The notes below the pieces were generated by a model. The model worked only from the letters and a program-made list of their open reading frames with translations. It was not told the origin of the DNA and did no database searches. This document shows, one piece after another, positions 50,044 through 64,000 of a DNA stretch of 64,000 nucleotides. The DNA is from Cetorhinus maximus (Eukaryota). The position numbers were made by a program, and so were the translations under genes. The stretch's first letter is position 1. Each line of letters begins with the position of its first letter. Where the stretch lies: assembly GCF_964194155.1 (NCBI RefSeq), contig NC_135891.1:98270001-98334000 (forward strand). The letters run 5' to 3'.

Positions 50044-51904
50044 GTAATGTATATCTCCTTATGCCATTTTGTAATGGGAATTCAAATGATTCAGTGATAC
50101 TATATTTCAAGTAACCTGAATGTTGAAATTATTTATCTCTTAGCTAATTTTAAATGTCGTTACTGAAAGTTCACACAAAGTTCCCTCATTTTCTCTTTTT
50201 TGAATTGCAACTTTTGTGGAAATGACTATATATTCTGAAGCTCAATGTGGGTAGTTAATACATTGCAATCAGAATGCTAGGGACATGAGCTTCAGTAGCC
50301 AAATGACGTTTTCTTGTTGTAGACACTTTGAATTTAGTAATTCCAAAACAGATTAAAAATAATGTTCAGGATAATATCTAAATATAAAAATTAATACATT
50401 AAACAGCAGAATATATATTGGCTCTGAACTGTACATGTGGGTTGTGCCATTTTCTTTACTATGCTGTTTTGTCGGCTCTCCTTCAATCTGGAGCTTTGAA
50501 TACTGCAGTCCTTTAGATGGCTTCAGTCAACAATTCGCTATTGAATTGTTTAATTTGCTAGACAGTTTTGTGGCCTTTCTTGAATGGATTCTTGAACTCC
50601 ACTCAACCCAACTTAACGCCAAGAACTGCCACCAACTAACCTGGATCCTATAACAGACCCCTAGTATTTCCATCATGAAAGAAATTTGAGGGAACCTTGT
50701 CAAAGAATATGATATTGAGGATAGAAAATTGAACCTGGAGGTTTCCTTGCTTGCTGGAATTGTGCATCCAATTTCATTTTCTGCTGCAAAGCTTCAGAAA
50801 ATTATGGCATGAAGAACTAAATCCATTATTCAAGTCGTGTCATAATTTTCTGAGACTTTTGTGCTGCTCTAGCAATGCTCCAGTTGAAACCGTGCAAGGT
50901 TAATTAACGTAACTCTGCTGTCAAGTCCCGTCAATGGCGATTGTGAATTTCTTGGATTTGTACCAGTGGCTGCCACTTAGACTGAAATTTAATGGTGCAG
51001 GTGAATGCATTTAAATTTGAGATCCAAATAATTGATTAAATAACTTTAAAATCTTTTGTCCTTTCTTGGTATTTTCTCTGGATCAAGTTGGGCTAACCAT
51101 GATGCTGGCACCAAGCCTTGGGTAGATCTGGGTTGGGTGGTGCTGGGGGCTGGGTAGCCAGATGGGTGTGGGGGTGGCTGCTGGTGTGAGCACAAGTTGG
51201 CATCAGCCTGGAGTAGTACTTAGAGCTCCGCAGTAAGGTAGGTTAAAAAGCAAAATGTAATATTTCTTGTATTGATTATCTCCAATGACCTTTTTAAGGA
51301 CCATGTTTTATGTCGCTGAAGGACCCAGAAAATCTGAGTGGTGCATACCCATACTTTGCATATGCATGCTTTGCTCAGTTTCTGACTGGTTTTGATGCGG
51401 GGTCCTTAAGCAGGTATTGGCACTCTCATTAGCATACACAAGAGAGTCAACAACCAGCTGAGACCGCCGCTAGGCACTCCTGAATATTGCCTGAGCCAGG
51501 TTGCTGTCTGAAGTATTTCAGGCATCCTTGATGCACGGGACGTAGCCCCATAAATCTGGACCTTTTTCACCTAAGAAATGGGCAAAATAGGTCTATTTTT
51601 GCTTCCTTTGCATCTCACAGCCCCTTTTCTTGAATCTGAGACGTTTTGATAGTTTGTTACTAATGCTCTAAATATAAAACATGTTCTTACCTGAAGCAGC
51701 TTCAAGGTTTGTCAGTACCCAGTTATGGATGGTCACAAGGAAATTATAACAATACAGTGCCAAATAATGCTCCCTTTTCCTAAAGTGAGCAGAATGCTAC
51801 CAGTGGTAGCACAGCACATGAACATATTAACCATCGTCAAACTTAAAGGGTACATACTGCTATTTGGATTGGCATTTAATTTTGTATACTTCTGTCTTAA
51901 ACAG

Positions 51905-52088
51905 CCAAAAATTGTTGCGGTCACCAAGAAAGCCTACTCGCAAAATCTCGAAGATTCCATTTAAAGTTCTTGATGCACCTGAACTTCAGGACGACTTTTA
52001 CTTAAACCTAGTGGACTGGTCTTCTCTAAATGTATTAAGTGTTGGACTTGGCACTTGTGTGTACCTTTGGAGTGCTTGTACTAGCCAG
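51905..52088 (+). CDS. FZR1: FZR1 coding exon 6 (KLLR motif, start of WD40)
   Basis: QKLLRSPRKPTRKISKIPFKVLDAPELQDDFYLNLVDWSS...WSACTSQ; 184 nt. Confidence 0.97.
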
Positions 52089-54263
52089 GTGAACCTTTTA
52101 GCTTCCAGTCTCTTTCCCTCCTTGTTTCTGTCTCTCTATCCACCCCTGCTGGATGAACAATTTAGTTATTGCATGGTTTCTGCTAAAATGCATGTTTCAG
52201 TGACCAATGTCAGTATCGGAAAGGCTCATTTACTTTTTTTTTTAGTTTACTTCATGTTAATCACGGATTACCACAATCAAACATTCTTTATTCAGCATTC
52301 TTCACAACCTCATGATGTTGAACCTGATCAATATTCTAGAGAAATCATGTGATGAATGATGCCTCCTGGTGATGTTTTTTGTTATTAGTAAACATTAGTA
52401 ACAATGACGTGTTATTGATCATTCATACATGCCTTCCACATACATCGGTGTAGCACTTTATCTTTAGAAAAAGAGCAAAAATTTCTGCTCCAAGTGTTAG
52501 CTATTTGTCTTGGTAGTTTGATTTCATTATTGTTTCTACTTGGTGACTTTTATTATTAGCATTTATTACTTTATTAAAATTTAGCATTTTATTACTTTTG
52601 TAATTGTTGTGACAAAGTTAACATCTCAGACTTTTTTTTAATTAAAAAGGTCAATTGGCATGGCCATTTTTAGGTTGGTACATATTATTGACTTTCATTT
52701 GTGAAGTTGTTTGTACATGTGATTATATTCATACATTGGGCTGTTCTTTTAATTGTGCTACTGTTGGTTACTGTTGCTCAGTTCTAACATGAGTGTGCAA
52801 CACTGTGGCTATTGCAATATCATAGCAGATGGAAGCCAGAGTCTGAGATTGGAAGTGTATAAATAGGGCTGAATGGATAGTCACAGCTGTGCTGGATCAT
52901 GAGCGATAGTTTCCTAGTTGTTGCGGCACATCAAGGAGCCACTGAAGCAAGCGCAAACTGGACATCTGTGATGGGGAGTTAGGAACTGGGAGCCAAGACC
53001 TAGGTTGCAAGGAAGTTGGGGCCTAAAGCCAGATGGTTAAAGCTGAGGGACCCTGCTGCCTATATAAGCAGAGGGCTAGATCTTGGGAGAGAGTGGCAAG
53101 ACACAGGAGTTGGGTCCTGTGGTTGATGCAGAAAGGAAAACATGATAAGGAAGCCCATTCTGGAGATGGGACAGAACGGAGTCTTGGAATGTGTTCAGCA
53201 ATCAGGAATAATTTCAAGGATTAGGGAAGAGTTGAGTCCTAAACCAATTATTAAGATTAAGAATTTAATAATCTATTTTTTTTAAAAGTGGCATAATTTT
53301 TTTTCTCAGGTAGGTTTCATGTGACTGCAGTAGCATTTCGGCAACATCTTTTTTTCAAAGAACATGATAAAAGCTTCTTTAATTCAATGCACTTCTCTGT
53401 ATAGAAGCATGGGATGTTGATTTGTTACTGGCTGCTCCATTGTATATATTTTGCAACATATTGCAAAGGTCTCTAGGATTTTTGTCCATCACATGACTTC
53501 TCTAGTGCTCATCAGGACTCAGGTGTGTATATGATGCTTTCTATTTGTAAATGAGGTAGGTTCCACTATGTATGTAACAAATAATGCACTTTTGTACTCA
53601 TGCTTATGTCCTCTGGTCCGTCAATGTCGCACTTTTAAAATTCTTATCCTCGTATTCAAATCCCTCCATGGTCTATCTCTGCAATTTCCTCCAATTCTCA
53701 GCTCTCTGCGTTCTTCCCACTGGCCTCTTGTGAATTCCCTGCTTCCTTTGTGCCAAAACTGGCTGAATTACCTTCAAGCTGTGTAGATCCTAAGCTCTGC
53801 AATTCCCTCTCCAAATGCCTTTGCCTCTCCAACACTCTCCTTTAAAATACTGCTTAAAACCTACCTCTTTTACCAAGGACTCCAAATGTTGTCGTCTCTA
53901 GCTTGCTGTCAATTTTTTGTCTGATTACACTCCTGTGAAGTACCTTGAGAGATTTTCCTACATTAGGGGTGCTGCAAAAATGCTAGTTGTTTTTAGATTC
54001 TTAGTGTTATCAACTGTTCCTGTTTAAGATATTCTGCTTTCTAAACACTAATAAACTACCATCTGGTGTATTTATACTTTTAATGTCTAGGGAATGAATG
54101 ACCCAAAGAACATGTCCTCTTTATTGTTATTTTAACCATTTATTTTAAAATAGAGCTTAAGAAACCAAAAGTAGGTCACATGAATATTTCCAAAGATGGA
54201 ATATTTATTCTAAATTTTCAAATCATGAGTAACCTTGTTCCTAAAACATACCCGTTATGCTTA

Positions 54264-56814
54264 ACAAAAACAGAATTACCTGGAAAAACTCAGCAGGTCT
54301 GGCAGCATCAGCGGAGAAGAAAAGAGTTGACGTTTCGAGTCCTCATGACCCTTCAGCAGAACTGAGTAAAGTTAGGAGAGGGGTGAAATATAAGCTGGTT
54401 TAAGGTGGTGGTGGTTGGGGGGGGTGGGGGGGGAGAAGTTGTGGGGGAGGTGGTTGTAGGGACAAGCAAGCAGTGATAGGAGCAGATAATCAAAAGATGT
54501 CACAGACAAAGAAACAAAGACGTGTAAAAGGTGGTGATATTATCTAAGAGAATGTGCTAATTAAGAATGGATGGCAGGACACTCAAGGTACAGCTCTAGT
54601 GGGGGTGGGGTGGAAAGACTGACAGGGCATTACAGTTATAGATTTTAAAATAATGGAAATAGGTGGGAAAAGAAAAATCTATATAAATTATTGGAAAAAA
54701 CAAAAGGGAGGGGGAAGAAACGGAAAGGGGGTGGGGATGGGGGAGGGAGTTCAAGATCTAAAGTTGTTGAATTCAATATTCAGTCTGGAAGGCTGTAAAG
54801 TGTCAGCCTGTTCCTGCCCCACGGAACTCATTTCTCGTTATCTTGACTCCCTTCTCTCTCCCCTTGTCCAGTCCCTTCCCACCTACATCCATGATTCCTC
54901 TGACACCTTACATCACATCAACAATTTCCAGTTCCCTGGCCCCAACCGCTTCCTCTTCACCATGGACGTCCAATCCCTCTACACCTCCATCCCCCACCAG
55001 GATGGTCTGAGGGCCCTTAGCTTCTTCCTTGAACAGAGGCCCGAACAATCCCCATCCACCACAACTCTCCTCCGTCTGGCTGAACTTGTTCTCACACTGA
55101 ACAATTTCTCCTTTAACTTCTCTCACTTCCTCCAAATAAAAGGTGTGGCTATGGGTACCCGCATGGGCCCCAGCTATGCCTGTCTCTTTATGGGGTATGT
55201 GGAACATTCCTTGTTCCAGTCCTACTCCGGCCCCCTCCCACAACTCTTTCTCCGGTACATCGATGATTACTTCGGTGCTGCTTCATGCTCTCGTCGGGAC
55301 CTGGAAAAATTTATTAATTTTGCTTCCAATTTTCACCCCTCCATCATTTTCACATGGTCCATCTCTGACACTTCCCTTCCCTTCCTTGACCTCTCTGTCT
55401 CAATTTCTGGTGATAGACTGTGCACCAATATCCATTACAAGCCTACCGACTCCCACAGCTACCTCAACTACAGCTCCTCACACCCCGCTTCCTGTAAGGA
55501 CTCCATCCCATTCTCTCAGTTCCTTCGCCTCCGTCGCATCTGTTCTGATGATGCTACCTTCAAGAACAGTTCCTCTGACATGTCCTCCTTCTTCCTTAAC
55601 CGAGGTTTTCCACCCACGGTGGTTGACAGGGCCCTCAACCGTGTCCGGCCCAACTCCCGCGCATCCGCCCTCACGCCTTCTCCTCCCTCCCAGAAACATG
55701 ATAGGGTCCCCCTTGTCCTCACTTATCACCCCACCAGCCTCTGCATTCAAAGGATCATCCTCCACCATTTCCGCCAACTCCAGCATGATGCCACCACCAA
55801 ACACATCTTCCCTTCACCCCCCCTGGCGGCATTCCATTGGGATCATTCCCTCCGGGACACCCTGGTCCACTCCTCCATCACCCCCTACTCCTCAACCCCC
55901 ACCTATAGCACCTCCCCATGCCCACGCAGAAGATGCAACACCTGCCCCTTCACTTCGTCTCTCCTCACCGTCCAAGGGCCCAAACACTCCTTTCAAGTGA
56001 AGCCGCATTTCACTTGCATTTCCCCTAACTTAGTCTACTGCATTCGTTGCTCCCAATGCGGTCTCCTCTACATTGGAGAGACCAAACGCAAACTGGGCGA
56101 CCGCTTTGCAGAACACCTGCGGTCTGTCCGCAAGAAAGACCCAAACCTCCCTGTCCCTTGCCATTTTAACACTCAACCCTGCTCTCTTGCCCACATGTCT
56201 GTCCTTGGCTTGCTGCATTGTTCCAGTGAAGCCCAAAGCAAACTGGAAGAACAGCACCTCATCTTCTGACTAGGCACTTTACAGCCTTCCGGACTGAATA
56301 TTGAATTCAACAACTTTAGATTTTGAACTCCCTCCCCCATCCCCACTCCCTTTCCGTTTCTTCCCCCTCCTTTTTGTTTTTTCCAATAATTTATATAGAT
56401 TTTTCTTTTCCCACCTATTTCCATTATTTTAAAATCTATAACTGTAATGCCCTGTCAGTTTTTCCACCCCACCCCCACTAGAGCTGTACCTTGAGTGTCC
56501 TGTCATCCATTCTTAATTGGCACGTTCTCTTAGATAATATCACCACCTTTTATACGCCTTTGTTCCTGTGACATCTTTTGATTATCTGCTCCTATCACTG
56601 CTTGCTTGTCTCTACAACCACCACCACCCCCCACCTTAAACCAGCTTATACATCACCCCTCTCCTAACTTTACTCAGTTCTGCTGAAGGGTCATGAGGAC
56701 TCGAACTGTCAACTCTTTTCTTCTCCGCCAATGCTGCCAGACCTGCTGAGTTTTTCCCGGTAATTCTGTTTTTGTTTTGGATTTCCAGCATCCGCAGTGG
56801 TTTTTTGTTTTTAT
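54264..56814. mobile_element. Penelope-like element in an FZR1 intron: inverted 3' arm (54264-54802) plus 5'-truncated plus-strand RT/GIY-YIG (54803-56814), 13-bp TSD
   Basis: CCCGTTATGCTTA at 54251-54263 and 56815-56827; open frame to 56269 with RYIDDYF, CPRRRCNTC and NLVYCIRC..YIGETKRKLGDRFAEH. Confidence 0.94.
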
Positions 56815-57909
56815 CCCGTTATGCTTAGTTTATTTTACAAATGTATCCTGAATCTCAAGGTTGTTAATCTTTTTACGTAATTCTGTGCTCAGTTGATTCT
56901 ATGAATAGAGATAAAAGTTCATGAACAAGACAGTTGTATGTACGGTCGATTTGCAGCCACACAAATTGGCAACAGTCTTTTTATTAAAAGCTCTTGTTGG
57001 TATGCAATCTTTCAAAATATCAGTTTCTAAGAAAATGCATCAATAACCTTTGATTGTCAAAGGAAAGATATTCATCTTGGAGATACCAAGCGGATGTCAT
57101 TTATGGTTTTGGATAGGACTTTTTTTGTTGGCAATTGCGTGTGTGTCCTCGCACTCTCATGCTCTCTAATTAATAAATTCACATTTTCTAACTGAAAGTA
57201 AGTGATTATTTGAGGCTGTTCTAATTGTAAGCACAACATAGGATGATCAGGAGGCAATTAGAGGCTGTTATTAAATAATAGAAATTACAGTGAGGAACAA
57301 GACAATTATTGAAGTTTATAGAACACAGTTAGAACAGGTCTTCAATCAGCCTGTCGTCTTCATAAACAAAAAGCTTCTTGAAATAAAATATGAACACTTT
57401 TTTGCGTTTTAGAAAACTCAACAAAAACTTTATCTGAATTAAAACTTTAGAAATATGATCTATAGCTTCACACTATTTTGGGAAACAAAAAAAGCAACTC
57501 AAATTTTTAGAAGCTAACGGGAAAAATATTCGGCCTGTACAGCTGACAGTACTGGTGCATTTTGAGCATGTATAGTGTATAGAGTCTAGAAATCATTCAA
57601 AACCCATGCAAGTAAAGTCTTTAAGATATTAAAATATGCAAAGACAATTTAATACATTCATGTAATGTTAGTGTGAAATATGTCATTTAAGAATGTTGTT
57701 TCAACCTTTATTTTGTGCATTAGATCAGGCATTAGAAAGAGCATTACAGTAAAATGCCAGTGAACTTTGAAAATTTTCTGGAATAAATTGTTTGAATTCT
57801 TTTATCCAATTTTTGCTTTCAGCACACCTTTAAGAAACTGTTGATGCCCTAATTGTGTACATCTATTAAAATGTATATCCTAAGTATTGACTTTCTTTCT
57901 GTTTTTTAG

Positions 57910-57975
57910 GTAATCAGACTGTGTGACCTTTCTATAGATGGAGATTCTGTTACATCGGTTGGCTGGTCAGAAAGA
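57910..57975 (+). CDS. FZR1: FZR1 coding exon 7
   Basis: VIRLCDLSIDGDSVTSVGWSER; 66 nt, AG/GT ends. Confidence 0.95.
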
Positions 57976-59325
57976 GTAAATATCATTCTTTTCATGTGAA
58001 AATAGAGCTAAGCTAAAGTCATTTTTAAAGAGACCTTTTTCATCTAATTTTTATGTTTTATTCTTAATCACTTTGTTTATTTGTGAGTATACATTGCAGC
58101 AAGCAAAATAAATCTTGTTTCTGTTAAGCAATGTACTTTAAAGTTATTTTGGTATTCCTATACAGTTGGTATGAATTTGTAACTTATAAAAGGAAAACTT
58201 ATCACCTTAGTAACATTCTTACTTCTGATACAGAATGTCTTGGGTTCAAAGTCCAATTAAGAGAGCGCATTATAGACTAATATTTCAGTGCTGCTCTGTT
58301 GGAGGCTTTGTCCTTTGGGTGAGACATAAAACTGAGGCTGCATCTGCCCTGTTTTTGTAAAAGAAACTATGGCACCTTTCAAAAGAAGCAAAGTTGTTCT
58401 TCTGGTGTCTGGCCAATGCTTATGCTTTAATCAGTAAAAAAAAAATTACCTGGTCAGTTACCCCACTGCTGTTTAAGCGATCTTGTTCTGCACAAATTCA
58501 CTGCCTTGTTTCTCTACGTTACAGCATTGCAACACTTCAAAATTTCTTAATTGACTGGGAAACATTGTGGGATAACCTAAAGTTATGAAAGGCACTATAT
58601 AAATGTGTTTGTTCTTTATATACTTTAGAGAACAAGATTGTTTTGCTGTGATAATTGGGAGGAAATTGAATTTAGAAAGTTGAAGTGATTTTCATTTCAT
58701 CTAGCGTTCCAGAATGTGTAGCAGATCTTAATTCGTATTCCCTGGACTGTGCATTACCCTTAGGAGATGATGGAAATCCATGCTAGTTGAATTCTTGGCT
58801 ACTGTTCAGTATAGTATTCATTGTTTTAGGGGCAGATTAATAAACTTTACAGAACTTAATGAAATTAATAAAAACTGATTATTGCATGTGCAACACCGAG
58901 ATGATTTGCTATTAACAAATATTAAGACATCTACTGGGCATACCATTCTCTTGCAAAAATAGAAAAACAAAAAACTTCATAATTAACATTGCGGTCTACT
59001 GTACCATTCGAGGTAAACACTTGATTTACTCCTGGTGGCATGAGGTGGATCTTTTAGTTTCAAGTATGATGTGGATATAAGGTAGCTAATCTTTTTTTTA
59101 TGTACTAATAAGTACTGAGACTTTACTGTGTAATATGTCAGAAAGAAAACTTTGAAATGGGAATTTTAATTGCTGTAATTATACAAAGCCATTATTTTTC
59201 GGGCAAAAATAAGTTTTAAAGTGTATTACCTTAATTTCCAGCCATTATTGGTGGCAATAATAATTACCATTTATAGGTAGTAACTGAAAAGGATCTTGGA
59301 ATCAAAATTATTTAATTTATTCTAG

Positions 59326-59428
59326 GGAAATTTGGTAGCAGTTGGGACACACAAAGGATATGTTCAGATCTGGGATACAGCTGCAGGGAAGAAATTATCC
59401 ACACTTGAAGGGCACTCCGCTAGAGTGG
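59326..59428 (+). CDS. FZR1: FZR1 coding exon 8
   Basis: GNLVAVGTHKGYVQIWDTAAGKKLSTLEGHSARV(G); 103 nt. Confidence 0.96.
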
Positions 59429-59922
59429 GTAAGTTGTTGGGTTGAAGTTCATGGAACTGTTTTGATTTGCCAAGAGCATCTTTAAATTAGAATTTTGAAA
59501 CCTGCTACAACTTTGTGGAGCACAAACCTGTTCATATAACAAATAAATAATTAGTATGAAGGAACAAAGACAATATTTTGAATAAAACATTTGATTTTCC
59601 AGCCAATTTATATATCCTTCAGATATTGTCATTTTCATAGGCTCCAAAAGGTCTCTGCTAGCCCTTTTCAGCATAAGACACTAGCATAGATGTGATGCCC
59701 TAATTACCATGTTTATAATGCAACGCTTCAGAATTGGTGAAATGATTGTATGGAGGATGAAGGTAATTTTTCAATTTTTGGTAAAATTGAACAGTTAATT
59801 TTTTATTACTTGCAGACAAAAATCATTTTTTTTTGCCTGTGCTTATGTTATTTCATCTCATCCAACACCCCCCCGCCGCCTCTTATTTACTTTCCTCTAT
59901 CACTACCTCCACTTGTTAGACA

Positions 59923-60775
59923 TATTATGATCCCCGTAGAGACTGATAACTTTTTGAAAGATATTTGAATTCCCAGTGACTGACATGAAAGAATTGCATG
60001 ACAAGATTTAAGTTTTAAGACTTTTATATTAACAAACTAAAATCAGCATCAATTAAACATTTCTTAGTAGGCAACCAATATTCTAAATTACAGGAATGAT
60101 AACCCTTATTAATGTCTTAACACAACCCATAACCCCACGCTGCATATATACTTCACAGCACGCTCTCCACAGGACTACAGTCTTTATAGGAAACAGTTCA
60201 CAGTCACTCCCAGCTTCCAATGGATTCACTTCTCCCCGTTTCACTGAGTTGTAACGTTCCGTGACCGTCAAAAGGCACTTCCCTTAGTTTTTGGAGAATT
60301 CCTGAACTGACTTTAAGCATTAAAGCCCATTCTGGCAATTCCTTCTCCAGCCTGGCCAGGACAAATCTTCCAGTGTCCTTAATACGCTGCAGGTGTTCCT
60401 CCTTAGACCAAAGGACATAAAGTCCCCTGCATTCTGCCAAGTAGTGCACAGAAAGGCAGCACTCTTCTCTCTGCAGACCACACAAGCTGCAGCCTTTGTG
60501 TCTATATCTTTCTCTCTCTCTCGGCGTCCAGGGTTTTTTTCCCAGACACTGTCCGGGAGCCTGTAAGCCTATAGATAGCTGCCTCTCTCTTTTTGTGTTC
60601 AGGTGTGAAACATGGTACATGGGTTCAGTAAGTCTTAACCTAGGTGACTCGCTCCCCCAGTCTCCACGGTAACCAAACCACACAGGCTTGTTTTCGGGCA
60701 GATCACATGTCTCTTCACTACTCCATTTTATCTTAAATTAAAGGGACAATCTTATAAAACCTTGCATTCATAACA
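59923..60775. mobile_element. Possible solo LTR
   Basis: Inverted termini tattatga...tcataaca and composition unlike the flanks; no TSD found. Confidence 0.35.
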
Positions 60776-62998
60776 TACTTTCTTTTTTGTCCCCTATTCA
60801 TCCAAATCTTGAAGCACTTTGTATAATGATTCATTTTTGAAATCCTAGGACAGTTCTCATGTAGGTAAATGTGGAAACCAGTTCGCAAACAGCAGTCAGA
60901 TGAATGCTGAGATAATCAGTTTTTGGTGGTGATGTTTGAGCATAACGACTAGAAAACTCCAATGTAATCATTTGAATAGCACCATAGGACCCTTAATGTC
61001 CACTTGAACAAACGGACTATTTCTTGGCTTAACATTTTGACTTAGCAATGTGGCACACCGAGTACTACAATAATCAACAACACAAACAAAGCAGGGTTCC
61101 ACTTCAAGCTCTGTCTCTTTTTCCTCCCCTACCTATGTTCATGGCAGAAGTAGCTAGAATTTCCAGTACACTCTTGTCCATGCCATAAGTAGGACAATTT
61201 ACTCTAACCCTAATCTGACCACTTCCTTTAGTTTAAAATTCCTCCCCTTAAATATTGGCAAATCAAAAGTCATTATTTTCAGCCCCTGACACAAGTTTTC
61301 CTCCCTCATCATTAACTCCTTGGGCAGTGTCCCTGGGTAAGTTGAACTGTTTTCACCCTTGATGCCCTTCTAATTCAAACTAAGTTTCCAATTTCCATTA
61401 CAAAGACTGTTTATGTCCCTACTTAAGCCTGTTCACTGTTGACATCCTCATTTGTGCCTTTATCATCTCTAGGCTAGATTACATAAATGGTTCCCTTGTT
61501 AGCCTTCCATTTTCCACCCTTTTATAAGTTTGTCCAAATTACATTTGCTCATATCTTATGCTGCACCAAATTTTACTTGCCTCCCACCTGTATCCTCCTT
61601 ATCCACATTATCTTCCAGTACCCGAATGCCTCAAATTAATAATTCTTGGCACGGTCTTAATGTCTTTAGGTCCTCTGCTCTTTCTTTCTCCATAGCATCT
61701 ACCAATCCTATTGTACAGTCCATTATCCCTCTGGCCCCAACTACTTCTATATTCTCACTTCACCTTTGACAGTTGTATTTTCATCTGCCTAGGTGTATCA
61801 TCCTGTGGAATTCCCTCCCTAAACTGCTCTGCCTCTCCACCTTTCTCTAAGATCCGCATATTTGGTAATGAACTGAACTAAAGTTGTGTATTGAGGACAA
61901 GGCCTTACTGTCAAAGAAGTCATATATGCCACACGTCTTGGAGACATTGGGTATCTTAACTCTCAAATGCATTCCTTGATGAGGCACGCATGCGTCAGCA
62001 TTTCAAAGGGAGTAAACTTTGACCTAACTTATGAGAACAGACTGGAGCAATTAAGTAGATCAATAGTCTGTCGTTGAATTTAAGAATGGATGTGAGCAGC
62101 TTTGTTTATTTCATGGAGGTGGTCAACACCAAGTGGTTCCTTTTCAGTTACAACTAGTCACAACTTAAAGTTAAAAAATATGTGCATGGTGCTTAACCAG
62201 GTCTTCCTCAACCCCTAAAAATAAAATACAGAAATTTATCATATTTACTGGAAGAAGGAAGAGTGATTTGACAAAATAAGAAGCAAATTCCAGTGTGGTC
62301 ATCAGAAAAATCAGATGATTAATGTGGACCAATGAGTAACATTTTTAGTTTTCAGTTTTCTACAATCATGTGTTCTCTACCTCTACAATATGACAGAAAA
62401 CGTTGAACATGAATAGTATAGATGTAGCTCTTTTTTTAGATATAATAGCTGTATGTGTTGAGAGATACTGGTCTTTGACAGAAATAGTTCCCCTCATTTA
62501 TCTTCTGCTCCCGAAAGATTAACAATTACACTGTCTAATTTTATTTAAAGTATATTCAGGTAGACAAAGCAGTAACAACTATTGCTAGGTGTCCCAGTAC
62601 GATTGCTATGTCTGCCTTCTTACTTGCAACTTAATTCTTCAAAAGTCTATTAATGTATTTACGTCATCCTGAAACTAAAAGTCTTAAGGTCTTGGAAGCT
62701 GAAATAAAATATTCACGAAACTGACCCACTTCCAAATGGGAACACAAAAGTGGACTTCTAAAGACATTACTGATGTCTATGCTATTTCATATTGTGTATG
62801 CAAGATTAAAATTTGGTAGAAATGAAAAAATAACTTTGTATTTACTTTCTGCTGGACTGTTGTCAGCAGACAAATTGGCTTCCGATCAACTCATTAAAGC
62901 AGCTTTCTGTTAAAATAAAGTCAACACAAGTTGTCAGTGGTTGTGTACATTTTCAGCACTGCAAGGAGTTTACATTTAAGATTGATTTGTGGTTATAG

Positions 62999-63183
62999 GA
63001 GCTCTTGCATGGAATGCTGATCAGCTGTCATCAGGAAGTAGAGACCGTCTTATTCTGCAGAGAGATATCCGTACCCCACCGTTGCAATCAGAGCGACGAC
63101 TTCAGGGTCACAGACAGGAAGTTTGTGGTTTGAAATGGTCGACAGATCACCAGCTTCTGGCCTCTGGAGGAAATGATAACAAG
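62999..63183 (+). CDS. FZR1: FZR1 coding exon 9; the gene continues beyond the window
   Basis: (G)ALAWNADQLSSGSRDR...GHRQEVCGLKWSTDHQLLASGGNDNK; 185 nt. Confidence 0.97.
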
Positions 63184-64000
63184 GTAATAAAATCTATTTA
63201 AAAAAAAAACAAACATAATGAAAACTGAATTAGCTGATCTAGGTTGTAGTAGTCATAGGGGCTTTATAGTTGGGTTTGATGCTCCTTTCTTTTGGAGGAT
63301 GAAATGGGGCACCCACTCGAGTAATTCCATTTTTAAAAAAAGGAACACCTGAACTGGAACTGCCTTGACTATGATCCTTCTGATGGGAGATAGCTGACCA
63401 CGTTCACTTTTGCAGCTCATACATGAGTAATTGCCACCAGGGTGAGGTACTGAAATGCAATGAGAACCATTGGGGAAGCACTTTGAGAAGAATCAAGGAA
63501 CAAAATGGGCACAGGGGAAAACTTGTAAACTAAGACGGTACTGTGGTGCTCTGTCCACCAATATCCCTCTCTCACTGCACTGTTGTGAGGAAGTAGCAAG
63601 TATAAGCCATAGTTTTCTCACAGGAACAGCTTATTCTGAGCTACATTGGTGAAAATAGATGCAAACAGTATACATGTTCACTTTTGAACATAGTTTGTAT
63701 TACCGGGGCTTGCGCTTCCTCATTTCAAATAATGGAATTTTTTTTGAACTTGAGCTTTTAAAAACTAATGGCCTGTGCCATTGCTGTGTGATCAAGTACA
63801 GGCAGATGTATGTGTACACAAACAATGGTATTATTCAGGAATGATCAAGCCATCTGGTTTGCTGAATGAGCAGAATAATTAAAAAACAGATTACTCTCTA
63901 TATAGGTGTATTGTATTTCCAATACTTAACTGATCCAGAGTTTGTTAATTAAGATTTTGTGCAATACTCTTATTAATGGGGGTCCAATTTCCATATCTTC

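Noticed and set aside
54653-56269. 538-aa ORF as a complete novel protein
   Set aside because: Chimeric: the first ~50 codons come from the antisense inverted arm fused to a 5'-truncated Penelope ORF. The 14878-16257 ORF is similar and also has YIND in place of YIDD.

Overview
Vertebrate genomic DNA with spliced genes and dense repeats; the repeat content (CR1, L2-like, Penelope/Neptune-like, tRNA/Deu-type SINEs) suggests a cartilaginous fish, which is an inference. It is the DOHH-FZR1 locus. DOHH is on the minus strand (three coding exons; the last exon lies left of the window). FZR1/Cdh1 is on the plus strand (a candidate non-coding exon 1 plus nine coding exons, continuing past the right edge). 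The main finding lies between them: an intact two-exon gene on the minus strand (27990-27829 joined to 25534-24419, 425 aa) derived from a PIF/Harbinger transposase. It has no visible TIRs and a degenerate catalytic triad (D/S/D instead of D/D/E), and it sits head-to-head with FZR1 on a CpG-island promoter, so it is a candidate domesticated pseudo-nuclease of the HARBI1/ALP1 type. Also present: a Gmr1-like Gypsy element with integrase before RT, three Penelope-like insertions with inverted 3' ends and hammerhead-like motifs, a complete but decayed two-gene Harbinger transposon in an FZR1 intron, CR1 LINEs, solo LTRs, MITEs, a telomere-variant array and a 35-bp minisatellite. All coordinates were read by eye and no searches were run.
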